DNA from: an uncultured Pseudomonadales bacterium
GTDB taxonomy: Bacteria; Patescibacteriota; Microgenomatia; UBA1400; RBG-16-45-19
Length of the DNA: 64,000 bases
Reading direction: 5' to 3'
NCBI GenBank assembly: GCA_964441155.1
Contig: CAYYKL010000001.1
Coordinates: 216,393-280,392 of the forward strand
Shown here: positions 19,500 to 27,998 of the stretch, in pieces
Numbering within the stretch: the stretch's first letter is position 1
Layout: each line of letters starts with the position of its first letter
Program-made: the position numbers and the translations under genes
The notes under the pieces: generated by a model
The model's input: the letters and a program-made list of their open reading frames with translations, nothing else
Database searches by the model: none
Told to the model about the DNA's origin: nothing

Positions 19500-20341
19500 T
19501 CAACCTTGCCCACGATAAAAACACCATCAAAGTCTGAATCTGCCGATAACTGTGAGCTGCTTGAAGCGACAGTATACGTTTCCGACAGAGCAGCTGAGAC
19601 ACTAGCCACCACATTCTCGTGTTCTGGTTTAGTGATAAATTGATAGCCAACTTCAGTCAAGGTTGGGTCGACAACCGCATCAACAACTTCTAGATTGAGC
19701 GCAACAAGTGCCGCCGTAATTGCCTCGACCTGAGCTTGTTGACTTTCCACATATCTAATTCTGACTTTGAGCTTTTGAGGTGTAACTTCTGCAGAAGGAG
19801 AGCCCTCCGGGGTAACTTGTGACGCATTTTGCTGGGGAATAATGTGCGCAAGCCAACTCTTGAGAGCAGAAATATCTGGTTTTCCCAGGGCAACAAGCCA
19901 CATTGCAAGAATTGCCACGCCAGCCAACAAAAGGAAATACTGCTTACGAATTCTTATTACCAGAAATTCACCCGAACTATTTTCGGCAATTTGCTTGTCA
20001 ATAAGTTGGGCTAATTTGGCCGACATTTCTTGTTGGCTTAATGGAGTTTTTTCGCTTGCTGGAGATTCCACTTTGCCATCTGATTTTGGTTCCTTTTGCT
20101 TGCGTTTAAACAATCGCTTAAACAATCCAGGCTTTTTCTCTATTTTCGCCGCTTGGGCAATTTCAACTTTTTCACTGGTTATAAGTTGGGGCTCAGTTGA
20201 TTTATCCACTTCGTCGGACACATCAGCAACAGGAGGAGCTGCGGGTGCAGGTGGAGTTGCCGGAGCTTCAGGCGCTTGTGGCGCTGGCTCAGGAGTTGAA
20301 GGTGGTGTTTCTGATTCGTGCTTTTTTTCTTCTTCTGCCAT
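19496..20341 (-). CDS. Bitopic membrane protein with Pro/Ala-rich N-terminus and LytR C-terminal-like domain
   Basis: Low-complexity N-terminus, one TM, C-terminal DGVFIVGK resembling LytR_C. Confidence 0.6.
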   Translation of the reverse strand: MAEEEKKHESETPPSTPEPAPQAPEAPATPPAPAAPPVADVSDEVDKSTEPQLITSEKVEIAQAAKIEKKPGLFKRLFKRKQKEPKSDGKVESPASEKTPLSQQEMSAKLAQLIDKQIAENSSGEFLVIRIRKQYFLLLAGVAILAMWLVALGKPDISALKSWLAHIIPQQNASQVTPEGSPSAEVTPQKLKVRIRYVESQQAQVEAITAALVALNLEVVDAVVDPTLTEVGYQFITKPEHENVVASVSAALSETYTVASSSSQLSADSDFDGVFIVGKVD

Positions 20342-20438
20342 ATATTTGTTGTATCATGTTTTCTTGCGTTTGTTCGTTGCAAATTCTAGACGAAAGTGGA
20401 TGTTCAATGTCAGCTCAAATAAAACATCCTTGCTCATT

Positions 20439-21416
20439 ATGAGCAAGCCATATGCATTAGCAGCCTTAGGCGGCACCTTTGATCGACTCCACGATGGCCA
20501 CAAACACTTCTTGAAAACTGCCTTTCAGTACGCCGAGGCACTAGTAATCGGTGTCACTGTCCCCTCCATGAATTCCGCCAAAGCATACGCCGAACGTATT
20601 GAGGAGTTCGACAAACGCATTGAACATCTTCACACTTTCCTTAAAACTTTTGAGAAGCCATATCGTCTTATACCCCTGACTGATATTTATGGCGAAACAC
20701 TCACGAATCAGCACGTGGATGCGCTGGCAATAACTACCCTGACTCACAAAGGTGCGAAAATGGTCAATCAAAAACGTGGTGAGTTGGGCTTGCAACCACT
20801 TCCCTTGATCGAAGCCAGCATGCTCACCACCACCCATGGAGACATCCTCTCTTCATCACTTATTCGCACAGGTTTGATTGATCGGTCTGGTTTTGCCTAT
20901 GCCGATCTCTTTTCCCAAGATTTACGCTTAAGCGAGCAGCAAAAAGAGTTGCTGCGCATGCCTCAAGGCAAATTACTCAAAAGTGAACAAAAAATTGACG
21001 AGCGTCGATTACGCCAGGCAACCAAGGTTGCAACGGTCGGCGATATTGTGACGCGGTCATTTCTACACGCTGGAATAAGAGTGGATTATGCTTTGGTGGA
21101 TTATCGTTCGAAAAAACAATCACATGTGTGGCGACCGCAGGATTACTGGACTCAGGTTACTCGAAACATCACCAATTCAGCGGGACAAATTGTGAGCCAG
21201 GCGGCTGCCAGTTTGTTCAAACAAGTTGCGCTTGATTCCTGTCTATTTATTATTGATGGTGAAGAAGATTTATTGGCTCTACCCATGGTTTTGTGTATGC
21301 CACTTGGTAGTCTATTGTATTATGGCCAGCCAAACAGGGGCATCGTTGAACTTGAGATTTCAGAAAGCCTAAAAAATAAATTTCTCAAGTTTGTGCGAAA
21401 GGATTTACCGGTTTAA
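20439..21416 (+). CDS. coaD: Archaeal-type phosphopantetheine adenylyltransferase fused to DUF359 GTP-dependent dephospho-CoA kinase
   Basis: LGGTFDRLHDGHK (HxGH) and SSSLIR; then VGDIVT, NSAGQI, IDGEEDLLALP, YGQPNRG (DUF359). True start is 20439; the upstream part of the 19842 ORF is antisense to another gene. Confidence 0.85.
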   Translation: MSKPYALAALGGTFDRLHDGHKHFLKTAFQYAEALVIGVTVPSMNSAKAYAERIEEFDKRIEHLHTFLKTFEKPYRLIPLTDIYGETLTNQHVDALAITTLTHKGAKMVNQKRGELGLQPLPLIEASMLTTTHGDILSSSLIRTGLIDRSGFAYADLFSQDLRLSEQQKELLRMPQGKLLKSEQKIDERRLRQATKVATVGDIVTRSFLHAGIRVDYALVDYRSKKQSHVWRPQDYWTQVTRNITNSAGQIVSQAAASLFKQVALDSCLFIIDGEEDLLALPMVLCMPLGSLLYYGQPNRGIVELEISESLKNKFLKFVRKDLPV

Positions 21417-21456
21417 TTTTGATCACAGATTGTGAAAAATTACCGCTTTCAATTGA

Positions 21457-21490
21457 TTGACAATTAGCAGTCACTCATATAAACTGCTAA
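21457..21490 (+). promoter_or_regulatory. Sigma70 promoter of lon overlapped by a CIRCE-like (HrcA) operator
   Basis: TTGACA(21457-62)-N17-TAAACT(21480-85); inverted repeat TTAGCAGTC-N9-AACTGCTAA (21464-21490) versus CIRCE consensus TTAGCACTC-N9-GAGTGCTAA. Confidence 0.8.
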
Positions 21491-21536
21491 TACTTTCGAC
21501 CACTAGAAAACCTAAAAACAACCAAGGAAGGACATT

Positions 21537-23945
21537 ATGGCACTCGTACTCAATCCAAATGCAACTCATGACATTGAAACCTATCCATTGGTGGCCATTC
21601 GCGAAGGAGTCATCTTTCCTGAAGTTGAAGTAGTCCTCACCTTTGGTAGAAATAAATCAATTCGGGCGATTAACGCCAGTTTCTCAAGCCACAAGCATGT
21701 GATTTTAGTGACTCAGAAAAAGGCAAATATCTCTGATCCCACCAAGGATGATTTATACACCATGGGTATTCTGGCTCGAATTGAGCGTACCCTCAAAACC
21801 AACGACGAAATTAATGCACTCGTAAAAGGAATGCATCGAGTGATTATTAAGCAAGTAACCGATATCGGCGATTACCTGATGGCTGATGTGGAAGCATTGC
21901 CCGATGTGACTCTTGAATCACCCGAGACTGATGCACTTGCCAAACATGTCTTGAACGAATTTAAAAAAGCAGTGAATTTAGGCAAAGCGGTTGAGTTTTT
22001 GAATTTTATGAAATTGATGTCAGGGGTCAGTGCTTCCGAACTTGCCGATCAAGTGGCCATGACGCTCAACATCACAACAAGCAAAAAACAAAAAATCTTA
22101 GAAACTCTGGAAGTGGACAAGCGCTTGGAGGCAATCCTCATGCACTTGTCTCATGAAGTGAAGGTTTTGGAAATTGAGCGCAACATTGCCGTAAAGACGC
22201 AAAAAAAGTTTGACAAAAGTATGCGTGAAAACGTGCTTCGGGAGCGCATTCGCACAATGCAGCGCGAACTTGGCGATGAAGGCGATGAAGAAACTGATGT
22301 GCGTGATTTCAAAAAGAAAGTCAAAGCTGCTCAAATGTCCCCAGCAGTTAAAAAGAAAGTTGAGCAAGAACTTAATCGTTTTGCTCGCCTAAGCATGCAT
22401 TCCCCCGAGCACAGCTACATTCGAACCTGGCTTGAAACAATTCTGGAAATGCCCTGGGGCAAGCGCAGCAAAAACAATGCTTCGATCAAGCAAGCTGAGG
22501 AAGTGTTGGAGCAAGATCACTACGCCCTAAATGAAGTTAAAGAGCGGATTGTAGAATATTTGGCCGTACTGCAACTAAAAAAGTTGCAGGCTGAAAAAGC
22601 TGATCGAAAAGTTCCTACCATTTTATGTTTTGCTGGACCTCCCGGTGTGGGTAAAACCAGCATTGGTCGAAGTATTGCCAAAGCCTTAAACCGAGAGTTT
22701 GTCAAAATTTCATTGGGTGGTGTGCATGATGAAGCCGAAATAAGAGGCCATCGACGCACCTATGTGGGCGCTATGCCCGGCAGAATTATTCAAGGCATTC
22801 GACAAGCGGGCACGAAAAATCCGGTGTTTATGTTAGACGAAATCGACAAAGTAAGCTCTGATTTCCGAGGTGATCCGTCTGCAGCACTACTTGAAGCGCT
22901 CGACCCCGAACAAAATCACGAGTTTGCCGATCATTACATTGACGTTCCCTTTGATTTGTCTGAAGTGATTTTTATTACCACAGCCAATGTACTTGATACC
23001 ATTCCCCCCGCTTTGCGAGATCGATTAGAAGTTATTCGCTTTTCGGGATACACCATTGATGAAAAGTTTGAAATTGCCAAGCGTCATTTGGTGGCAAAGA
23101 CACTTAAAGCGAATGGGCTTAAACAAGGCCAAGTGGTGATTGAAGACAGCACCATCGAACAAATTGTTCGTGATTATACGCGTGAAGCAGGCGTAAGAAG
23201 TCTGGAGCGAGAAATTAGCAAATCGATGCGTAAAGTGGCTAAATTGATAGCAGAAGGATCGATTGAGAATAAAACCATTGCTCCTTCAGATTTAGCCGAG
23301 CTTTTGGGTCCACGCAAATACACCGATACACTTGCCGAACTACAAGATGAAGTTGGATTAGTAGCTGGTCTTGCCTGGACCGAAGCTGGCGGGGACATAC
23401 TCTTTATTGAAGTAGCCCTTATGCCTGGCCGAGGAAAAATCGAGTTGACCGGAAAATTAGGCGAAGTGATGCAGGAATCTGCTAAAGCTGCTTGGTCATA
23501 TGTCCGAAGCCACTGGAAAGAGTTGGGGCTCACTGAAGATTTCTATAAAACTATCGATGTACATATTCACGTGCCTGAGGGTGCTGTGCCCAAAGACGGT
23601 CCGTCAGCTGGTGTTACCATGACCACTGCACTTATTTCGGCACTCACCAAAACTCCTGCCTACAAGCACGTGGGCATGACGGGTGAAGTGACGCTTCGAG
23701 GCCGAGTCTTAGAAATTGGCGGCGTCAAGGAAAAAGTGATTGCCGCTCACCGAGCAGGCTTGCGAGAACTCATTTTACCCAAGAATAATGAGAAGGATTT
23801 GGTCAAGGTTCCCGATAAAATCAAACGAGATATTGCCTTTCACTTTGTCGACCATGTGGACCAAGTGGTGGAGATTGCTCTCAAAAAACCAAAATCCAGC
23901 AATCACGCGCACAAATCCACCGGCTCAGTAATCGCGGCTACATAA
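21537..23945 (+). CDS. lon: ATP-dependent Lon protease
   Basis: GPPGVGKTS, RGHRRTYVGAMPGRI, LDEIDK, PKDGPSAG, IGGVKEK. Confidence 0.99.
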   Translation: MALVLNPNATHDIETYPLVAIREGVIFPEVEVVLTFGRNKSIRAINASFSSHKHVILVTQKKANISDPTKDDLYTMGILARIERTLKTNDEINALVKGMHRVIIKQVTDIGDYLMADVEALPDVTLESPETDALAKHVLNEFKKAVNLGKAVEFLNFMKLMSGVSASELADQVAMTLNITTSKKQKILETLEVDKRLEAILMHLSHEVKVLEIERNIAVKTQKKFDKSMRENVLRERIRTMQRELGDEGDEETDVRDFKKKVKAAQMSPAVKKKVEQELNRFARLSMHSPEHSYIRTWLETILEMPWGKRSKNNASIKQAEEVLEQDHYALNEVKERIVEYLAVLQLKKLQAEKADRKVPTILCFAGPPGVGKTSIGRSIAKALNREFVKISLGGVHDEAEIRGHRRTYVGAMPGRIIQGIRQAGTKNPVFMLDEIDKVSSDFRGDPSAALLEALDPEQNHEFADHYIDVPFDLSEVIFITTANVLDTIPPALRDRLEVIRFSGYTIDEKFEIAKRHLVAKTLKANGLKQGQVVIEDSTIEQIVRDYTREAGVRSLEREISKSMRKVAKLIAEGSIENKTIAPSDLAELLGPRKYTDTLAELQDEVGLVAGLAWTEAGGDILFIEVALMPGRGKIELTGKLGEVMQESAKAAWSYVRSHWKELGLTEDFYKTIDVHIHVPEGAVPKDGPSAGVTMTTALISALTKTPAYKHVGMTGEVTLRGRVLEIGGVKEKVIAAHRAGLRELILPKNNEKDLVKVPDKIKRDIAFHFVDHVDQVVEIALKKPKSSNHAHKSTGSVIAAT

Positions 23946-24989
23946 AAAACGAGCCAATTGATTGAGCTTTTCGCCTGCATCGTTATTTTTTTCGGCGTTG
24001 ATGGCGTTTAATCCAAGCTCAAGATGTGAGTTGATTTCTTGTTTTACCTGAGTCAAAGATCCAGTTTCATCAAATATGCGCCTCATTGTTTCCAATTGAT
24101 CGGCCGAAATTTCTTGACCCAGCATACTTTCAAGCACTTTTTGTTGCTTAGTGTTGGCATGTGTGTGGGCATGCATCAGTAAGTGTGTTTTTTTAGCTTC
24201 GCGAATGTCACTCCCCACGGGCTTACCCGTCTGAATTGGATCACCAAACATGCCTATGATATCGTCCTGCATTTGAAATGCCAAGCCTATATGTAGTCCA
24301 TAGGTTTCAAGTGATTTGCTCCATTCGAAATCTGAACCAGCCAATAACTGACCAATTCTAAGCGGCCAGCGAACCGAATACTCACCACTTACAAGCATCA
24401 TTGCTTTTTCCACGTCTTGCATATTAACTTGTGACAAAGGCAAAGTTTTGAGCTTCGTTTCCAATCTCCAGCCAAGTGCAGTTTGCACCAAACAGTGATG
24501 GAGACCTTTGATTACTTGAGACTTGATATGTGGAGTTAGCGATGTGATTAAAATGGATTGATCGACGAGCGAATGGATAATATCTCCGGCTACCATAGCC
24601 ATCGATCTCCCCCACCATAAAGATTGTTCCGGTGAAATAAAGTTTTCGCGACTAAAATGTGTTTCCAGCGTTGGCTGACCATGGCGACTTAAGTCACCAT
24701 CGATAATGTCATCGTGCACTAAGATAAAGCGATGCAAAAGTTCGGTTGCTATGCATGCCAGCTCAATATCACCAGAACTCGATTCTCCACTTATGTGTTC
24801 ATAGGCCAATTTAGCAAGTAAAGGGCGACCGAATTTCCCACCAGTGATCAAATACTTTTTAATTGAGGCTAAAAATTCGAGCGCAAAATGGTCATCATCA
24901 AAGTGGGTAAATTCTTGATCGATGAATTCTGAAAGCACTGCCAGGCTTTTTTGACGCTCAAGATTCAAATAGTTTTGGATGGTATCCAT
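23925..24989 (-). CDS. Polyprenyl diphosphate synthase (short-chain, type I GGPPS-like)
   Basis: GGKFGRP; FARM HDDIID..RHG with Phe at -5; second motif FQMQDDIIG; GSDIREAKKT. Confidence 0.9.
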   Translation of the reverse strand: MDTIQNYLNLERQKSLAVLSEFIDQEFTHFDDDHFALEFLASIKKYLITGGKFGRPLLAKLAYEHISGESSSGDIELACIATELLHRFILVHDDIIDGDLSRHGQPTLETHFSRENFISPEQSLWWGRSMAMVAGDIIHSLVDQSILITSLTPHIKSQVIKGLHHCLVQTALGWRLETKLKTLPLSQVNMQDVEKAMMLVSGEYSVRWPLRIGQLLAGSDFEWSKSLETYGLHIGLAFQMQDDIIGMFGDPIQTGKPVGSDIREAKKTHLLMHAHTHANTKQQKVLESMLGQEISADQLETMRRIFDETGSLTQVKQEINSHLELGLNAINAEKNNDAGEKLNQLARFLCSRDY

Positions 24990-24999
24990 GTAAGACAGT

Positions 25000-25812
25000 T
25001 TAGCTTAGAATCTCTATTGGTGTTCCTACCGATATTCCTAATGCTTTAGCTGCACTTCCCGATGTCATTTGCGTAGCTATTTCCAAAAATCGCTTGTCTT
25101 CAATGCCTGAACTGCCCACATACATCGCTGTTTCACCTTTTGGTAAATCCTTGAGATAGGAGTAGAAATTAAGTTCTCCGATACTTGTCTTTAGTCTTGA
25201 ACCGGGTGTATAGTTTTGACTTAACAAGGTAGTTTTACAATTGCCAAATGCATCAACATACCAAACACAATTGGGAATGTCCTCAATTTCATTGAAACTA
25301 ATCGGTTTCGCAGGCACAGCAACTCCCTGTGTCAGCCAAGTTGCCAAGCGTGGAGTGAAATCAAAACTTCTGAATTGAGTCACTTGCAGGTAATCATGAA
25401 TTCGTTGAGAAATTAGTTTTTGCTCCAGAGCAAACGCGGCAACCTCTTTAATATCTACGAGATTAATCGTATTTGCCAAACCCAATTTTTTTACCAAGGA
25501 TAGTGAATGCCCCCGAACAGTCGCAATAACCAGCGTTTTTTGATAGCGGAAATAGCCAAATGAGGTGCCGTTATGGCCATCTTTTTTTTGTTCACCTCGG
25601 GGTGCCACATTGACAAGCACTACCCCTTCTCTGCCCTCAGCTGCATCCAGCACGTCGACTACATTCCCAGCCGCTTCAAGAGTGGCATTGACCGAAAAAT
25701 CGCTATCTACACCCATAAACGTGACCGGTGAATTTAACAATGAACTTAGTCTGGTCTCCTGACGGCCTACTTCATTGAAACTTTGACAATCGTTAATGAC
25801 AGTTACAAACAT
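25000..25812 (-). CDS. DUF62 / SAM hydroxide-halide adenosyltransferase family protein (non-canonical motifs)
   Basis: C-domain WYVDAFGNCKT and GSSG...FLEIA...SAA..LG; N-domain VNVAPR and QFRSFD. Confidence 0.75.
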   Translation of the reverse strand: MFVTVINDCQSFNEVGRQETRLSSLLNSPVTFMGVDSDFSVNATLEAAGNVVDVLDAAEGREGVVLVNVAPRGEQKKDGHNGTSFGYFRYQKTLVIATVRGHSLSLVKKLGLANTINLVDIKEVAAFALEQKLISQRIHDYLQVTQFRSFDFTPRLATWLTQGVAVPAKPISFNEIEDIPNCVWYVDAFGNCKTTLLSQNYTPGSRLKTSIGELNFYSYLKDLPKGETAMYVGSSGIEDKRFLEIATQMTSGSAAKALGISVGTPIEILS

Positions 25813-25825
25813 ACTAGTTTTCTCC

Positions 25826-26164
25826 TTATAGCTTAGGTTTTGTTTGACGCTTTTCGATTTTTGCTAATGAATATTTGATTCGTTCATCTAAATTAATTTT
25901 TTTAACTCGAGCAAAACGCAAAATAGAGACTAAAATATCTCCCAATTCCTGCTCATACGTTTCGTCTGATTGAGCGGCTAAGTTTGTTTTTTTGCGTCCA
26001 TGCTTGGCCAAATAAGCTCGAGCCATTTCACCAATTTCTTCGACTAAGGTTAGAATCAAAATTGACCCAAACTCATCACTGTCGCGCTTGCCTTTGTCGA
26101 TTGCGGACAGCTTTTTAAAATAATCTCGGAATGGGGTTGAGAATCCTTGCGGTTTTTGTTTCAT
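25826..26164 (-). CDS. MazG-like nucleotide pyrophosphohydrolase
   Basis: LVEEIGEMARA...QELGDIL (EExxE...ExxD). Confidence 0.85.
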   Translation of the reverse strand: MKQKPQGFSTPFRDYFKKLSAIDKGKRDSDEFGSILILTLVEEIGEMARAYLAKHGRKKTNLAAQSDETYEQELGDILVSILRFARVKKINLDERIKYSLAKIEKRQTKPKL

Positions 26165-26270
26165 GAGATAATCGTTGGCTCATCTTGATATAACGTGGGC
26201 AAGTATATCATGATTCATAGAATCAACTAAAGTGTTTTCTCGTTCCTAACGTTTAACTTAATATGGGCAC

Positions 26271-26305
26271 AAAAAACCCCTTAAGTATATTGCAACCAAG
26301 GGGTT
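26271..26305 (-). terminator. Intrinsic terminator of the RRM gene
   Basis: AACCCCTT/AAGGGGTT stem running into a U-tract on the minus strand. Confidence 0.65.
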
Positions 26306-26333
26306 AGTTTGTTTAATCTAACTGTTGTTAAGA

Positions 26334-26606
26334 TTATCGGCCAAATTGAGGTCGGGGAGCTTTTTCGCGGGCTTCATTGACCACGATAGCGCGTCCGTCT
26401 AAATCTTGTCCATTCATTTTTTCTAAAGCTTCTTTGGCTTCGGCGTCAGATGACATCTCGACGAATCCAAATCCCTTAGAACGGTTGGTAGCACGATCAC
26501 GAATGACATTGGCTGAAACGACTGTACCGAATTGGCTAAAAGCCTGGTTCAGTGAATCATCAGTTGTATTCCATGACAAACTACCGACAAATAATTTTGT
26601 CGCCAT
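26334..26606 (-). CDS. RRM (RNP-1) RNA-binding protein
   Basis: RNP2 LFVGSL and RNP1 KGFGFVEM; strong SD GGAGGTG at 26624-26618. Confidence 0.97.
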   Translation of the reverse strand: MATKLFVGSLSWNTTDDSLNQAFSQFGTVVSANVIRDRATNRSKGFGFVEMSSDAEAKEALEKMNGQDLDGRAIVVNEAREKAPRPQFGR

Positions 26607-26804
26607 ATATTATTTTTCACCTCCGTTCAAGGATTGGTGCATACACCATAAGCACTCTGTCATTTGGGAAAACTTGAAAAAGTTTTTTTAGCGAAGTCTC
26701 TTCAATAAACAGGTGACCACTAACTAGTAACTGATGGTTATTATACCTTGATTCTTTAAAATTCCATAACTAATACTCTTTGTCATTCTAGGAAGTTGTT
26801 TGGA

Positions 26805-27230
26805 TTAAAAAATGCTGTTTCCACTCTCCTTAAGTTTAACTGCTTTGTTAATGAGAGAAACAAGCATTTCCTGGTCAATATTCTCAAGTTTTTTAAACCG
26901 AATACAGCTTTTGCCAATGCTGGCTTTGGGAAATTGATCCTTATATTTTTCAGGCAAATACTCTCCATCTTCAACAATACAAATATAGACCGAAATATAG
27001 TTTTTCTGACTAGCCAAGCCGATAGTGAACCACTCACCGCTCCGACCACTTTTAGATTGGTAATGACTAGATCCGTAACCGATAATCGACCCAAATAGTT
27101 TGCGATCCAGTTGAGGTGCAGTTGCTCGAATCAACACATCAAGAGCCTGAATGTCAGCCCGACGCAACTCTTCGATAAGATTTATGTATTCGTCAGGATC
27201 TTTGGCTGTTGTTGGCTTAAACATATTCAT
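26805..27230 (-). CDS. DUF1801 (YdhG-like) protein
   Basis: IIGYGSSHY..KSGRSGEW, LASQKNYISVY, GKSCIRFKKL. Confidence 0.85.
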   Translation of the reverse strand: MNMFKPTTAKDPDEYINLIEELRRADIQALDVLIRATAPQLDRKLFGSIIGYGSSHYQSKSGRSGEWFTIGLASQKNYISVYICIVEDGEYLPEKYKDQFPKASIGKSCIRFKKLENIDQEMLVSLINKAVKLKESGNSIF

Positions 27231-27244
27231 GAAGTGCTATCTCC

Positions 27245-27919
27245 TTATTCGATATGCGAATTATAGCGCGAAAGAATTTTCTTATGTGCAAGGTAGTCAG
27301 GGCAATATTTTCGTACGATACCCCAAAAATTTGCCGAGTGATTCATCTCGAATGTGTGTGCTAACTCATGAATAATCACGTAATCAATTACTTCTGGGGA
27401 GAAATGGATGAGGCGCCAGTTGAAGCTCAATGTTCCCGATGATGAGCAACTTCCCCACCGAGTGGCTTGCTCGCTAAAACGCAAGCGTTTATACGTGGCT
27501 CCCATCAATTCTTTTAAGACTTTCACTCTTTTAGTTAGGTGAGCAATAGCTTGATTCTTTAGCCAGATCTCGAGGGTCTTTTGAGCATCTTTGGGATTCA
27601 GGCTTGCTGGACTCACGAGCAACTCGCCGTTACCTACAACCACTCTTTCTTTGTGCAATCCACTACTATCAATCGAAAGGAGGAAATTTTTGCCTAAATA
27701 CAAAAGTGTTTGCTGCCTCCAATCTACCAAAGTCTCTTGAGCTCGGTTAACGATTCGCCGCTTGTGCTTGGCAATCCATGGTTCAGACTTGCGCACAAAC
27801 TGATCAACAAGCAATTTAGGAACAAATGGCGAAGCCGTTACGGTCAATTCCCCGCTTGAAGAAATTTTTATTCGAATGCCTTTGGCACGCGAGCTTCGAA
27901 TCAAGGTAAAGTCTTGCAT
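27245..27919 (-). CDS. YgjP/DUF45 family zinc metallohydrolase
   Basis: RWGSCS, FNWRL, DYVIIHELAH, NHSANFW. Confidence 0.92.
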   Translation of the reverse strand: MQDFTLIRSSRAKGIRIKISSSGELTVTASPFVPKLLVDQFVRKSEPWIAKHKRRIVNRAQETLVDWRQQTLLYLGKNFLLSIDSSGLHKERVVVGNGELLVSPASLNPKDAQKTLEIWLKNQAIAHLTKRVKVLKELMGATYKRLRFSEQATRWGSCSSSGTLSFNWRLIHFSPEVIDYVIIHELAHTFEMNHSANFWGIVRKYCPDYLAHKKILSRYNSHIE

Positions 27920-27998
27920 CTGATACAATCGAAAAGTTACCGATAAGGGCTACTAATACTGCGAGTATACACGCTATGTATTACCCAAAACGTTTTTT

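Noticed and set aside
19842-20438. N-terminal 199 aa of the 524-aa ORF, suggesting a novel fusion to CoaD
   Set aside because: It is the antisense shadow of the Pro/Ala-rich gene 19496-20341; CoaD homology starts at ATG 20439.
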